Source: Octopus vulgaris
Taxonomy: Eukaryota
Direction: 5' to 3'
NCBI GenBank assembly: GCA_951406725.2
Contig: OX597828.1
Span: forward strand, 47,120,001-47,184,000
Length of the DNA stretch: 64,000 nt
Shown piece by piece: positions 1-14,979 of the stretch. The notes beneath the pieces are model-generated. The model saw only the letters and a program-made list of their open reading frames with translations, made no database searches and had not been told where the DNA came from. Numbering within the stretch: position 1 is the first letter of the stretch; each line of letters starts with the position of its first letter. A program made the translations under genes and the position numbers.

Positions 1-220
1 GTTTGTGTGTGCGTGTGTGTGTTTGTGTGTGTTTGTGTGTGTGTGTGCGTGTGCGTGTGCGTGTGCGTGTGCGTGTGTGATTGTGTGTTTGTGTGTGTTT
101 GTGTGTGTGTTTGTGTGTCTGTTTGTGTGTGATTGTGTGTATTTGTGTGTGTTTGTGTGTGTGTGGTGTGTGTGCGCGGGTTTGTGTGTGATTGTGTGTG
201 TTTGTGTGTGTGTGTGTGTG
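1..220. repeat. (TG)n imperfect microsatellite
   Basis: Direct reading; probably the internal microsatellite of the SINE-A copy whose 3' half follows at about 220-425. Confidence 0.95.
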
Positions 221-812
221 TTTTCCCCCCACCACCGCTTGAGAACCGGTAAGTCAGTGGTTGGGCAAAAGAGACCGATAGAATAAATACTAGGCTTCAA
301 AAACAATCCCGGGTTTGATGGGTTTGTCTAAGAAAAAAAACAACCCTTCCAGGCGGTGTTCCAGCATGGCCACTGTCAAATGAGGTGAAACAAGGTAAAA
401 GAAAAAAAGAACATAAAAATAAAAGACCGGAAAGATCTCGGCAGGAACGCTTTTCATCACAGGTCTGTAGACTAGCATGGCTGACCTAGGGCTTTACAAC
501 AACAACAATAGCTGTGACATTAACAATAAGAACAACGGCAGCAGCAACAACAATATTGAAACAGCAGCAGAAACAATAACAACAACAGCATTATCAACAC
601 CATCAGCAACGTTAATAACAAAGGCGGCAGCAATAACAACAACAACAACAATAATTAGAGCCAGAAGGAGAGTAGCAGGAATAAATTCTTCGGGAGTCTT
701 CGCCAATGGATTCGATCGGGAATTGTTCGACTGACCACTGAGAGATGCAAGGCAAAGGTGTACCTCGGTGTTGATTTGAACTCGGAGTATGGAGATGGGA
801 TGGCAGAATGAT

Positions 813-813
<1 letters not shown>

Positions 814-847
<34 letters not shown>

Positions 848-881
848 ATAGACAGACAGACAGACAAATAGATAGATAGAC

Positions 882-968
<87 letters not shown>

Positions 969-969
969 A

Positions 970-1018
<49 letters not shown>

Positions 1019-1068
1019 CACATACAAATAGATAGACAGACAAAAGACACACAGACACATAGATACAC

Positions 1069-1109
<41 letters not shown>

Positions 1110-1135
1110 GAGAGAGAGAGAGAGAGAGAGAGAGG
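814..1135. repeat. Compound microsatellite (TG)n-(GACA/GATA)n-(TA)n-(GA)n
   Basis: Direct reading. Confidence 0.95.
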
Positions 1136-1368
1136 TGCAAAACAAGCACACATGCAAACACACATACACCAACACACACGCACACGCACACATGCATGCA
1201 CACACATGCAACTCAAACCCAGACGTATTCATGAACGTATGGCATTTTGTATGTATGTATCGGTGAGTGCGTGTGAGAGAGAGAGAGAGAGGAGGGAGGG
1301 AAGGAGAGAAGGGCAGACAGGCAGACAGACAAACAGGCAGACGTACGGAGGGACAGAGAGAGAGAGAG

Positions 1369-1412
<44 letters not shown>

Positions 1413-1654
1413 GGTGTGCTATATGCATTACAAAGAACGGAATTTATCAATCTCTGAATAAAGATCAATATTCAATAACATCTTCCAGACGTATTAACTG
1501 CTGATAATCAGATCATTTCATATGGAGATGATTGGGGGAGGGCGGGACAACGTATCAAGAACAGCGTGACTGACTGCCCTGAGTTGATCTAGGCAGGAAA
1601 CAATCGTACGTGTATATATATATTTATACTTACATATACAAGCAATCGTGTGTG

Positions 1655-1727
<73 letters not shown>

Positions 1728-1732
1728 GATGT

Positions 1733-1898
1733 GGGGCGTAGGAGTGGAAGTGTGGTAAGTAACTTGCTTACGAACCACATGGTTCCGGGTTCACTTCCAC
1801 TGCATGGCACCTTGGGCAAGTGTCTTCTACTATAGCCTCGGGCTGACCAAAACCTTGTGAGTGGATTTGGTAGACAGAAAACTGAAAGAAGCTCGTAG
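1733..1898 (+). mobile_element. SINE-A 5' half (tRNA-derived head plus core)
   Basis: GGCGTAGGAGTGG...GGTTCCGGGTTCA...CCTTGGGCAAGTGTCTTC...GGATTTGGTAGAC, matching many other copies in the window. Confidence 0.85.
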
Positions 1899-1909
1899 TA
1901 TATATGGTT

Positions 1910-1996
<87 letters not shown>

Positions 1997-2934
1997 ATAT
2001 ATGTATATATGTATATATGTGCAGATACATACATACATACATATATATATATGTGTACGCACATGTATATGTTCGTATGTATGTGCGTGTGTATGTGTGT
2101 GTGTTTGTAGTAAATACATATTCATTTGTATGTACATAATCATATATATGTACATAATATATATATATATATATATATATAAATATATGTATACATGCAT
2201 ACATATATATGATGTATACATATGTACTAAAAATATGCATGTATCTTTTATGTTTCTTAATATATTTGCATATATGTATGTATTGGCATATATGTGTGTT
2301 AGTGAGTGTGTGTGTGTATGTGTGGGCGGATGGAAATAATATGTGTTTTTACCTTTATATTTCAGTGAATTAATTCCAAAGTTATTACAGTTAAATAATT
2401 TCAAAATAAATAATATGCATTGAAAAACAGATTATCGCAATCAAATTATTTCAAACGACATTATTACATATTCCAAAATATCATATCATATCCAAGATAT
2501 ATTACTACAATGAAATCATTTCAAGATTACGGATTTCAAAGTACAATCAATTTATTTTAAAATACGTATTACACTCTTCAATTACAAAAAGGAATCAAAG
2601 TACATAATTTAAAACCGGTTTCACTTCTTACAGAAGATATTCTTTGCAATGTACACGTGCAAATGGCTTGCTGTTAGTGCATCTACCAGAAGTACTCTCG
2701 TTATAGACTCACTAATACACAGATAAACTGATATTGTATAAGTTATTAATTCCAAATGTGATAAGGATGAAACTTTTCAGAAATTATTTGACTGTAATAA
2801 TAAACTTTCGAATTGAATCACTGTATTATGAAAGGTAAAACGCACTTTCTAAGTCTGACAATTTTCCATATCTTTTGACCCGTGTGGAATATTTTAAACA
2901 TACACACACACACACGCACACACACACACACACA

Positions 2935-2971
<37 letters not shown>

Positions 2972-2974
2972 ACA

Positions 2975-3040
<66 letters not shown>

Positions 3041-3044
<4 letters not shown>

Positions 3045-3250
3045 ATCCAAACATGAAAACACAAAGAGAAAACACAACAACGCGAGGACGTGGAACAAGT
3101 ATAGTGTTATTGGACGCTCAGGAAAGGAAAGAAAGAAGGAGGATTTAGCGTTTCGAGCGGAGCTCTTCGTCAGAAACATAGGAAAAGGAAAGATCCAAGG
3201 GAGGGAAGACGGAGAGGAAAAAATCGCCAACGGTACACACGCGGTCACAT
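3041..3250 (-). mobile_element. Penelope-like pLTR fragment (family H1) embedded in (TA)n
   Basis: Homologous to 16597-16790, 17028-17226, 7380-7535 and 58985-59113; carries a hammerhead motif; flanked by (TA)n. Confidence 0.65.
3143..3177 (-). ncRNA. Minimal type-I hammerhead motif, U16.1 to C (likely inactive)
   Basis: Minus strand GUUU CUGACGA A GAGC-UCC-GCUC GAAA CG CU AAAU. Confidence 0.55.
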
Positions 3251-3428
3251 TTTGAATGACATATATATATATATATATAATGTAAGATAAAATTCTTTTC
3301 GAAAAAAAAATTATCAATGGCCAGCATATTAAAAAATACCTTTAAAGGTTAAATTTATATGTACATTGTTTAAATTTTTCGGCATATTTGGCATTAGAAT
3401 TTTTTTCGTTTGCCCTTATTTATGAATT

Positions 3429-3503
<75 letters not shown>

Positions 3504-3942
3504 GAGAGAGAGAGAGAGAGAGAGTAGAACGTTCTTCAGCTGACGGACAAATGTAAAATGATTTCAATGTAATATATTCACGGTCGGGAACGAATACATA
3601 AACCACGTGATGCAGATATTTCATGCAATATTTCACATATATTTTTTTCTTTTTGTGCAGATAAATCATAGTAAAGTGTATGAACAAGTTCTTATCTATC
3701 GTATGCACACACGCGTGTGCGCGAGTGCACTGACACTCACTCACGTACACACACACACATACATACACATACACGGATAGAGGCCGATAGCGGAAGCTCT
3801 GTCGTCTTGGCTACAAATTCTTTGAGTGAGAGAGAAATGGCAAACAGGATCAGAGAAGTTTTGCAGTTCTATATTTAAGAGATGAGGAATTTTGTACATT
3901 GTTTACATTTGACGAATATTTGTCCTCATCTTGTTTGTTGCT

Positions 3943-3988
3943 AACACAACGTTTCGGCTAATATACCCTCCAGCCTTCATCAGGTGTC
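3943..3988 (-). ncRNA. Minimal type-I hammerhead ribozyme (family H2), intact core
   Basis: Minus strand GACAC CUGAUGA A GGCUG-GAGGGUAUAU-UAGCC GAAA CG UU GUGUU: 5-bp stem I, 5-bp stem II, palindromic AACGUU stem III typical of PLE minimal hammerheads. Confidence 0.75.
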
Positions 3989-4311
3989 TTGGGGGAGATT
4001 TCGAACCTGGGTGAGAAACAGCAACAGCAGCAGCAGTGACGGTCGCAGAGTCATTAGTAGCAGACATAGCGTTTTCGTTAACAATACGGATTTTAGCGAA
4101 AAAAAATCATGTTAACATTGAAGGTGGAGAGGAGGAAAATAGTGGTGGTGGTGAGAGTGGCAACGGTTGAAGTGGTCACAACTCCACCAACAGCAACAAC
4201 AGCAACAACAGCAGCAACAGTAACAACAATAGCAACGGGCATAACAACAACAACAACAAAAACAATAACAAAAATAAAAGGTTTGCTGATGAAGCGAACA
4301 CAAAAAGAGAA

Positions 4312-4907
4312 ATGTTTGTCATCGCACTCGATGACAAGACTCGTGAGTGGGGTAAGGTTGCAATGCTTGTACCTCCAAAAATAATAGAAGTAAAAGAGAA
4401 GGCAGGATATTTCAGATGCGTTTCACGCAAAAGTAGGAGAGCGGAAATAGCTTCCATCAGTCATGTTAAGAAGGCCCTCAAAGAAATCGTAATAGATGTG
4501 GCCTATATAGAGAGAGGGGGCAGTTTGCCAGCATTGAGGTCCTCTTTAAAAATGAGGATCTCGCGCGAAGACACGCAGTGTCACCCCGGTGGATTGAGGA
4601 ATGGGTCCTGTATCCCACATACCTCTGAAAGAGATCGACCAGAATTGGGGGAAATGGCGTGCCACCGGGCGTAAACTTTGGTGGATTGTTGCCAGAATCA
4701 CTCTTGGAGGTAAAAAGGAGCAGCAGGGAGAACTGGTGCGGGATGAACATGGAAATATTAATCCACGTAAAACCGGAATATCGAGAAGATCTCGGGCTTG
4801 ATCCAGCTGCCCAACGGGGTGGAATTGCGTGTCGTCGTGGAAGGCAGGAACCCAGATGCGACATCTGTGAGGATACAAGTCACCTGAGTGCCTTCTGCGG
4901 CCAATAA
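4312..4907 (+). pseudogene. Frameshifted gag-like ORF1 of a non-LTR retrotransposon (Tx1/L1-like)
   Basis: Overlapping + strand ORFs end in CDICEDTSHLSAFC (CX2CX4HX4C knuckle, 4857-4898); an adjacent frame reads ELRVVVEGRNP just upstream. Confidence 0.7.
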
Positions 4908-5073
4908 TTGGGAGGTACGCGGCCACACCTACAGCCTACATTGCACCCCCTCCCAAAGAGCAACAACAATAACAGAGACCTTTTAATAAAAAGGTAACCT
5001 CATCCCCAACATCAGAGGCATGTGAACCTCATAGAATGGAAAATCCACCAAGGGTATCAGTCAATACATACCC

Positions 5074-5198
<125 letters not shown>

Positions 5199-5489
5199 CA
5201 TACACTCACCAACATGCTCACAGTATCACAGAGAGACTTTCACACTCCTCGAGACTGATCCTATAGACATTAGTCCTTCCTCATCCTGTAGTGAAGATGA
5301 GGAAGAACCTTACAAACCCAAAAAACTTCAAAGACAAAGGAAAAGAAGGACGAATCTACACCAACACCTGAAAATACAGAAACCCTCAGTACATCGAACA
5401 TAGACACAATAAATATACCAGTACCACCATCCCCACAACCAAACCCATCAACTTATTCACAACATGTAGCTCCCAAAAGAAAGCTCAGT

Positions 5490-5961
5490 CACCAATACGG
5501 TCTGATAAGGGTACACCAGGCACATGCATCACAACCATATGTGCACGACATGGTGATCTCATACCAAGATAAACAGCACATGACCTTGCAGGTGGGGCCG
5601 AGTTAGAATTTTCTTCTGGTCGAGTAGCCCTTCCCACTCAAAAGGTCCCTGAATAAAGGTTGAACGAAACACCCATGTTTCCAGAGGTGAAATATTCAAA
5701 CCCCAAATAATCCCTCTCAACACACGGCTATGATGCTACCCCACTACTTCTGCGCGTGATCAGAGATACACATATCGTCAGCCACTAAGGGACATGCTCA
5801 ACTGGTTATGGTCAAACAACTGACAAGCAAATCTGTGGTATTGAGCAGAATATTTGCTGTAGCCCATCTTTTATACCAAGACAAAACAGTGTACATGATA
5901 ACACTTCCAATCAGTTAAGATCAGCAGCCATGAGAGCCACTGCCTGGTACTGCATGAGGGC
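5490..5961 (-). mobile_element. Non-coding retroposon associated with (AAT/AAC)n (family E), 3'-truncated copy
   Basis: Near-identical to 45664-46220 and shares the same 5' boundary next to a trinucleotide repeat. Confidence 0.75.
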
Positions 5962-5963
5962 AG

Positions 5964-5995
<32 letters not shown>

Positions 5996-6006
5996 ATTAT
6001 TACTAT

Positions 6007-6050
<44 letters not shown>

Positions 6051-6101
6051 TTATTAATATTATTATTATTATCATTATTATTTTTTTATTATTATTATTA
6101 A

Positions 6102-6158
<57 letters not shown>
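5962..6158. repeat. (GTT)n-(ACT)n-(ATT)n microsatellite
   Basis: Direct reading. Confidence 0.95.
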
Positions 6159-6382
6159 CTGCTGAAATTTTCCCGTGGAAATCAGTACTGGTTAGCTTTT
6201 TACTGTTGCCTGCATTAAAAATTTTACCACTAACTTTCACTTTCAGCAATGCTTTTATTGAACATTCTCGAAATGTTCCCAATATTTAATATAAAGAAAA
6301 AAAATTGACATGTTTCCAAGCAGTTTCACTGCTAAATATACATTTGTAATGAATCTATAATGTCATTTATGCAAACGAGAGT

Positions 6383-6428
<46 letters not shown>

Positions 6429-6964
6429 GACAGGCAGACAGACAGACAGTAAATAAAAATGTATAATATAAAAATATTTAATTAAAAAAGATGATATAAT
6501 CAATAAAATAAAATAAAATAAATATTCTGAAATTTAAAAAGAAATTGTATATACATGTTGGTAGGTAAATATATATGTATGTAGTATGTATACACGCACG
6601 CACATAGACATAAATATTATATATATTTGAGCATATATACATATATTGTCTAAATATATATATGTGTGTTTAATTATACATATGTTTGTATCTGTGAATG
6701 TACAGATAAGTAGATATTCATATACACATGTAATAAATAATATATCTAAATATATATATATGCGTGTGTATGTGTGTGTGTGTGTGTGCGTGTGTGAGTG
6801 CGTTTGTGCATGTATGTATTTATGTGTGTATATATATATTCATTTATATGTCCATATGTATCTAAATATATAAACATATATATATGCATATTATATAGCT
6901 ATATATGTATTTATGTATATATGTCTATATAAATGAATATATGTGTGTGCGCGTGCATGCGTGT

Positions 6965-7027
<63 letters not shown>

Positions 7028-7441
7028 CGTGTGTGTTTGTGTTTCCCCAAGAAAGTTGGAGACGTAGATGCACATTATTTAAACATATGTAAGGGAAAAA
7101 CTAAATAAGATTGCATAGAAAATCTTCGATATTCTTTCGTTAACATTTCCATTTCACCGCCATCTTCTTTTCTTTAACATTTTCTTCCCTGTCACATTTT
7201 CTTCTCCCACTCCTTGTGTCAATGTACATAACCTAGATAAACATATGCATGTACATGCGTGTGTGTGTTTCTATAAATATGTATATATATAAAAAAATGT
7301 ATATATATATATGTATATATATATATACACATATATATATTTATATTTACATATATCTATGTATATTTGTATATACTTCGGGATCGTAACCACATCGTGC
7401 TCTTCGTGAAATTTTTCCTTCGTTGGACTTTTCTGTCTTAC

Positions 7442-7474
7442 TTTCTGACGAAGAGCTATGCTCGAAACGTTAAA
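7442..7474 (+). ncRNA. Minimal hammerhead motif (H1), intact core, weak stem I
   Basis: UUU CUGACGA A GAGC-UAU-GCUC GAAA CG UU AAA. Confidence 0.6.
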
Positions 7475-7537
7475 AAACCTAATCTTCTTTCCAACTTTCC
7501 CGAGCGTTAAACTAATACGTCCTCTTATTTTACGCGT

Positions 7538-7762
7538 TTACTTGTTTCAGTAATTTGACTGTAGCCATGCTGGGGCACCGCCTTTAAATCGACCCCAGGA
7601 CTTATTCTTTGTAAACCTAGTACTTATTCTATCGGTCTCCTTTAACGAACTGCTAAGTTATGGAGACTAGACACACCAGCATAGGTGGTCAAGCGATGTT
7701 GGGGGATACATCCGCACGCACACACACACACACACACACACACGCATAAACACACACACACC

Positions 7763-7800
<38 letters not shown>

Positions 7801-7995
7801 ACTTAGAATAACGTTTTGGCCAGTATTGGCCCAGGGTGGGCTTCTTTCAGTTTCCGTTTACCAAATCCACTCACAAGGCTTTCGGCGACCCGAAGCTACC
7901 AGTAGAAGACACTTGCCGAAGGTGCCACACAGTGGGACTAAACCTGGAAGTATGTGGTTAGCAAGCAAGCTACTTACCACATAGCGACCCCTGCG

Positions 7996-7996
<1 letters not shown>
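7538..7996 (-). mobile_element. SINE-A full length
   Basis: Reverse complement of the consensus head, core, internal microsatellite and tail. Confidence 0.85.
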
Positions 7997-8066
<70 letters not shown>

Positions 8067-8096
8067 CATACATACATACATACATACATACATACA

Positions 8097-8128
<32 letters not shown>

Positions 8129-8309
8129 GTGAAATAAAGCGATAATAATGTTCCATGGAGACGAATGTGTCTCTTGAGGGCCGTTGGAGTCTTTGGCGAA
8201 TGGATCAAGTTGAGGGCTCAATTTTCCCGAGTACTTGTGGATCATTTACTATGTGCTTTGTTGAGTGGGCGGCCAGGCCTGCTTTATTTCATTCCACAAA
8301 GCCAGAATG

Positions 8310-8410
<101 letters not shown>

Positions 8411-8411
8411 C

Positions 8412-8442
<31 letters not shown>

Positions 8443-8539
8443 CATATGTACGTTAAATTGCATAGAAGTGTTCATATATATATATATTTATATATATATA
8501 TATATGTATTACCCCTCTGCGAAAAGATCTCAGAATTTT

Positions 8540-8841
8540 AATTGATTTGCTTTTCGCAGGAAGGAAGTTTCTTCGAAGTATACGTCTCGCTTTTATCCTT
8601 CGAAACGTAGAGTAGATGAAACCTTAGCGACTGAAGAAGGGGATTTTTCGTTGTGCTTATTGTCCTGTATCTCTTTTTTTCTTTTTTGCTTGTCCTGTTC
8701 CTTGGTTTGTGTCTATGTTTTTCGTCTCTCTATGTGTTCGACGTCTTTTTGGTGTCCTGTACACATATATGCGTGTATATGTACATGTAGAGGTAGGTAC
8801 GTACATATATGTTTATATATATGCATATGTTCTATTTTATT

Positions 8842-8845
<4 letters not shown>
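8540..8845 (+). mobile_element. (TA)n-embedded retroelement 3'-end fragment (same family as 26820-27155)
   Basis: Shares GATTTGCTTT.GC.GGAAGGA, GAGTAGA.GAAAC, ACTGAA.AAGGGGA and GTAGGTA.GTACATATAT with 26820-27155. Confidence 0.55.
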
Positions 8846-8908
<63 letters not shown>

Positions 8909-9236
8909 TTACACAAAAACATACTTGGTGTATATACACACGTGCATGCAGATCTAAATACTTGTATGTATGTGTGCATGAATGTATGTGTGTATGGATG
9001 GATAGATGGATGGATGGATGGATTATGTACGTATTTACACATGAATATGAGGTCAGCAATCAATACAATAATTTCTGCCACCCAACAATTTAATATAACT
9101 GCAGCAATATAATTCACTTCATATTGCATTTCCGTTCAATAATATCAGATCATATAAATATATAAGGTGTGAGTGTGTGCGTGTGTATGTGTGTGCACGC
9201 GCGCGTGCATATATATATATATATGTGCACGCGCGC

Positions 9237-9280
<44 letters not shown>

Positions 9281-9310
9281 GCATATGTATGTATGGATGA
9301 GTGAATGTAT

Positions 9311-9379
<69 letters not shown>

Positions 9380-9699
9380 AGATGTAGGCATACGAATGTA
9401 CATGCACAGACACATATTCATAAGTATTCATATATGTGTGTGTGCATGTGTGTGTATATATGAATATATATATATATATATATGTATATATGTAAATATA
9501 TATATATGTATATACGTATATACATAGCTAATCATATATACATATATGTATATACACACAATGACTCACACAAATATGTGTGTGCATATGTATTATATAA
9601 ATATGCCCACGTAAGTATCTGTTCATGTCTATATGTATGTATGCATGTATGTATGCCTGTATGTATGTATATACATATGTATATATATATATGTGTGTG

Positions 9700-9748
<49 letters not shown>

Positions 9749-10315
9749 ATATACATATATACATACCCTCATCCACCTACACATATAAAAGCAGATGCAC
9801 ATTCCCATAAACGTGTGTCAATATCTGCCTCATATAATACACATACACACACAGACACACGTATATGTATTATATGTATATATATATATATATGTGTGTA
9901 TATATATATATGTATATATATGTATATATATACAACCATAGCAAATACCACGACCACCACTAACTACTACCACCCTTATCGCCATGTCTTCACCTACTCT
10001 ACTACTACTACTACCACCACCACAACCCCCACCACTACCTTCCCCCATCCCCCACCACTACATCCCCCCTTCCCCAGCCCTGCTTTCCTATGAACGATAC
10101 TCTCGTATCCAGCTTCGTTACCAAACTCGCAAATTACCAGCCGACCTGCACTAATCACAACCACTTGTCATTAACCGAAACCCTACCCGTATTGACGTTG
10201 CTACAGCGTATTCAACTACTGCCATAACTACAAACAACAACATCACTACTACCACTAATACTATCTCACACACTACCAATGCCTCTGTCACTGCTGCTAT
10301 CATCAATAGTAATAT

Positions 10316-10577
10316 ATTTCTTTACTACCCACAAGGGGCTAAACACAGAGGGGACAAACAAGGACAGACGAACGGATTAAGTCGATTATATCAACCCAGT
10401 GCGTAACTGGTACTTAATTTATTGACCCCAGTGCGTAACTGGTACTTAATTTATCGACCCCGAAAGGATGAAAGGTAAAGTCGACCTCGGCGGAATTTGA
10501 ACCCAGAACGTAACGGCAGACGAAATACGGCTACGCATTTTGCCCGGCGTGCTAACGATTCTGCCAGCTCGCCGCCT
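10316..10577 (-). mobile_element. SINE-B full length with an internal duplication of about 31 bp
   Basis: Reverse complement of GGCGGCGAGCTGGCAGAA...GAGGTCGACTTT.CCTTTCATCCTTTCGGGGTCGATAAA (resembles the Meta-SINE core)...GTAAAGAAATA. Confidence 0.9.
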
Positions 10578-10611
10578 TCGATTCTGCCAACCGCGTTGGA
10601 AACTACAACAA

Positions 10612-10980
10612 GGAGGCGCAATGGGCCAGTGGTTAGGGCAGCGGAGGGTCGCGGTTCCGATTCCCAGACCGGGCGTTGTGCATGTTTATTAAGCGAAAAC
10701 ACCTAAAGCTCCACGAGGCTCCGGCAGGGGGTGGAGTGTTGACCCCTGTTGTATTCTTTCGCTCCAACTTTCTCTCACTCTTTCTTCCTGTTTCTTGTCC
10801 CCGACTTCCTACGCAACCCCTGAGCCTGGATGCATATTCATCCATCCGTCGATGCTCTCGGTGTCGGAGGTTGACCTGCTTTCTCTTCTGCAGGTCTTAC
10901 AAATAGCAAAGGACCACGTTTCGGACTTCTCCCACTCTGGGACGAAGACCGCTTCGCTCAACAAACAGACAAACAAACAG
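10612..10980 (+). mobile_element. SINE-C (tRNA-derived), (CAAA)n-tail variant
   Basis: tRNA-like head GGAGGCGCAATGG..CAGTGGTTAGGGCAGCGG...CGATTCCCAGACC; 9-bp TSD CTACAACAA at 10603-10611 and 10981-10989. Confidence 0.85.
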
Positions 10981-11429
10981 CTACAACAAACAACATTAAA
11001 CCCGTACAGCTCTCCCTTCTTTCTTTTACCTTATTTGAAATCTAAACTTCATATCGTTCGATATAATGTTACAGCTTTCAAACCACTTAGTTCCGGGTTC
11101 GGTCCCACTGCGTGTAACCTTGGGCAAGTGTTTTTTTTTTCCTATTATAGTGAGTGGATTTGGTAGATGGAGACTGAAAGATGGCCATTAATAAGTGTCC
11201 CTTTGTGTCTGCGTTCGTCTCCCACAACCACTTCACAACCGGTGGTGGCGTGTTTATGTCACCGTAACATAGCGGTTCGCCAAAAGTGATTGATAGAAAA
11301 AGAACCAGCTTTAAAAATTAAGTATTGGGGTTCGATTCCTTCGCCTAAATTCTTCGAGGCAAATCTCCCAGACTGGCCGTACTGTAATGACAGAAGCAAG
11401 AAAACGATAAAAGGCAAAAGATTGTGTGT

Positions 11430-11470
<41 letters not shown>

Positions 11471-11502
11471 TGTCTGTCTGTCTGTGTGAGTGTGTATGTG
11501 TG

Positions 11503-11574
<72 letters not shown>

Positions 11575-11947
11575 TGTGTGTGTGAATGTGTATGTGTGTG
11601 TATGTGTGCATATGTGTGTATGTGTGTCTATGTGTGTGTGAGTGTGTGTGAGTGTGTATGTATGTGTGTGTGTGTGTATGTGTGTGTGTGTGTGTATAAA
11701 GTTGTATTTCCCGTTACAGGTTTGGGCAGAAGACTTTAAGGTATAGTATCCACTGTTTGTTATGGGAATGTAGGGAAGTTCCTTGTAGTGCGTCTACAAA
11801 GCACGTTCACCGTTTTCGGCTACCAGATGTTAAACGGGGCGGTGCACTTTCGTTGCTGGGTGTACGTAGGGAATTCCTCGATGCATGTTGAGTGTATTCT
11901 AAATTATCAATACGGAAGACAGGCTTTAGTGGAAGCTTTATTTAGGA

Positions 11948-12199
11948 CTGTGGAGGCGCGAGGCTTAGTGGTTAGGGTGTTGAACTCATGATCGTAAGGT
12001 TGTGGTTTCGATTCCTGGACCGGGCGATGCGTTGTGTTCTTGAGCAAAGCACTTCATTTTCACGTTGCTCCAGTCCACTCAGCGGGCAAAAATGAGTAAT
12101 CCTGCGACGGACCAGCGTCCCGTCCAGGTGGGGAATTTCTACGACACTGAAACCGGGAAACCGGCCCCTATGAGCCTGTCATGGCTCGAGAAGGAAAAG
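11948..12199 (+). mobile_element. SINE-D (tRNA head plus CORE/Deu-like block)
   Basis: A/B-box head then TGTGTTCTTGAGCAAAGCACTT...TTGCTCCAGTCCACTCAGC; 11-bp TSD TTTATTTAGGA at 11937-11947 and 12200-12210. Confidence 0.85.
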
Positions 12200-12358
12200 T
12201 TTATTTAGGATTACGATCGTTTCGGCTTACTATACTACTTCCTACAGGGTGGAGGACGATGTAATAGAATGGAATGCACCCCATCGTGCAGAAGAAACCG
12301 CTTGAGCCGACTTAAAGCGGTTCAGTGTGATAAGATGTAGATTTCGCTGATGTATATG

Positions 12359-12462
<104 letters not shown>

Positions 12463-12477
12463 CATACATACATACAT

Positions 12478-12955
<478 letters not shown>

Positions 12956-13273
12956 TAGAGATAGATCTTAAAAAGGCAATCCGCGTATACATTTATGTAT
13001 ATATATATATATATATTTATATATAGAGGGCATTATTATACATACATGCCTCACGCTAAGAGGGACATCAGTCATTTCTACCAAAAATTTTACTAATCAT
13101 ACCCAATGCAATTTTTCAAAGCAAGACATTTAAAAAATGAATTTAGTCTTGTATCACCTGTGATTTCGCACTTACCGCAGAACGTATTCATATATGTGAT
13201 CATATATATACATATGTATGTATCTATACACATACACACACAGACAGACACACGCACACTGGAACACACAAAT

Positions 13274-13308
<35 letters not shown>

Positions 13309-13736
13309 CATATAAATATATATGTGTGTGTGTGTGGAAATTTGTCGCTATTTTTCTTACTATTAACAATCTTAATACATCTTAATCAACCCCACTGTCT
13401 ATTTTGCCCCTATCCACACACATATTCATATCACTACCAGGCACCACTGCCCACCCATCGTATTGCCTCACTCGAATACAGGCATCATATCAACCACCCG
13501 ACGACAGCACACCCGTCACCTATCTCAACTTTCTAATAAGAACATTGAATCGCTCTATTTAATGTCATATATGCATACCCCTCTCTACCTATCTATCTCT
13601 CCTTGTGTGTACGTGTATATATATATATATATATATGTCAGTAAAAAAGGGGGTAGAATTAATTAATTGTTAATCAATTCGACCAAGCAGTATTCGGTAT
13701 GTAAAGACCATTTACGGTATATTTGAAGTATTAATT

Positions 13737-13863
13737 TATAAAAATATGGTAAAGTAAAAAAATTCACTTTACCACACACCGAACTTTTCAAATTTTTGGC
13801 TGCTATTTCTGAAAAGTTCGGTGTGTGGTAAAGTGAATTTTTTTACTTTACCATATTTTTATA
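13737..13863. repeat. Perfect 54-bp inverted repeat with 19-nt loop
   Basis: Arms 13737-13790 and 13810-13863 are exact reverse complements. Confidence 0.95.
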
Positions 13864-13957
13864 TATATATACATATACATATACACATATACACATACAT
13901 ACATGAAAATTTGCACCCACACACACACACACGCATCAATTTCTATTTAATTTTCAC

Positions 13958-14129
13958 ATGAGTGGCTCTGTGGTAAGTAGCTTGCCTACCAACCACATGG
14001 TTCTGGGTTCAGTCCCACGGCGTGGCACCTTGGGCAAGTGTCTTCTACTATAGCCTCGAGCCGACCAAAGCCTTGTGAGTGGATTTGGTAGTCGGAAACT
14101 GAAAGAAGCCCGTCGTATTTATGTGTGTA

Positions 14130-14161
<32 letters not shown>

Positions 14162-14388
14162 TGCGTGTGTGTGTGTGTGTGTTTGTGTGTCTGCGTTTGT
14201 CCCCCCTACTATCGCTTGACAACCGATGCTGGTGTGTTCACGTCCTCTTAACTAAGCGATAGAATAAGTACTGGACTTACAAAGAATAAGTCCTGGGGAG
14301 TCGATTTGCTCGACTAAAGGCGGTGCTCCACCATGGCCGCAGTCAAAATGACTGAAGCATATAAAAGAATAAAAGAATAAAAGAATAA
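13958..14388 (+). mobile_element. SINE-A full length
   Basis: Consensus match with (TAAAAGAA)n tail. Confidence 0.9.
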
Positions 14389-14479
14389 CAGAATGTAAAT
14401 TTACTTCATTCATCAGATATTTTTTCACAACATCGGAACACACACTCTCTCTCACTTTCACTCCCTCTTTCCTTCTCTT

Positions 14480-14830
14480 CCCACCCTCTCTCTCTCTCTC
14501 TCTCTCTCTCCCTCCCTCTCTTTCTACCATCTCTCCCCTACTCTCTCTCCCCTCTCTCCCCCTCTCTTCCCTCCCTCTCTTTCTACCATCTCTCCCCTTC
14601 TCTCTCTCCCCTCTCTCCCCCTCTCTTCCCTCCCTCTCTTTCTACCATCTCTCCCCTTCTCTCTCTCCCCTTCTCTCTCTCCCCTTCTCTCTCTCCCCTT
14701 CTCTCTCTCCCCTTCTCTCTCTCCCCTTCTCTCTCTCCCCTCTCTCCCTCTTTCTTCCCTCCATCTCTTTCTACCATCTCTCCCCTTCTCTCTCTCCCCT
14801 CTCCCCTCTCTCCCCCCTCTCTCTCTCTCT
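14480..14830. repeat. Polypyrimidine minisatellite (CTACCATCTCTCCCCTTCTCTCTCTCCC variants)
   Basis: Direct reading. Confidence 0.9.
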
Positions 14831-14931
14831 GCCTTCTTTCTGACTTCTGTCCTTCTTCTATCTTTCCCATACTTCCTTCCATTCACCGACCGACTCCCTA
14901 CTCTCTCCTTATACCATACCTCTCACCCCTC

Positions 14932-14979
<48 letters not shown>

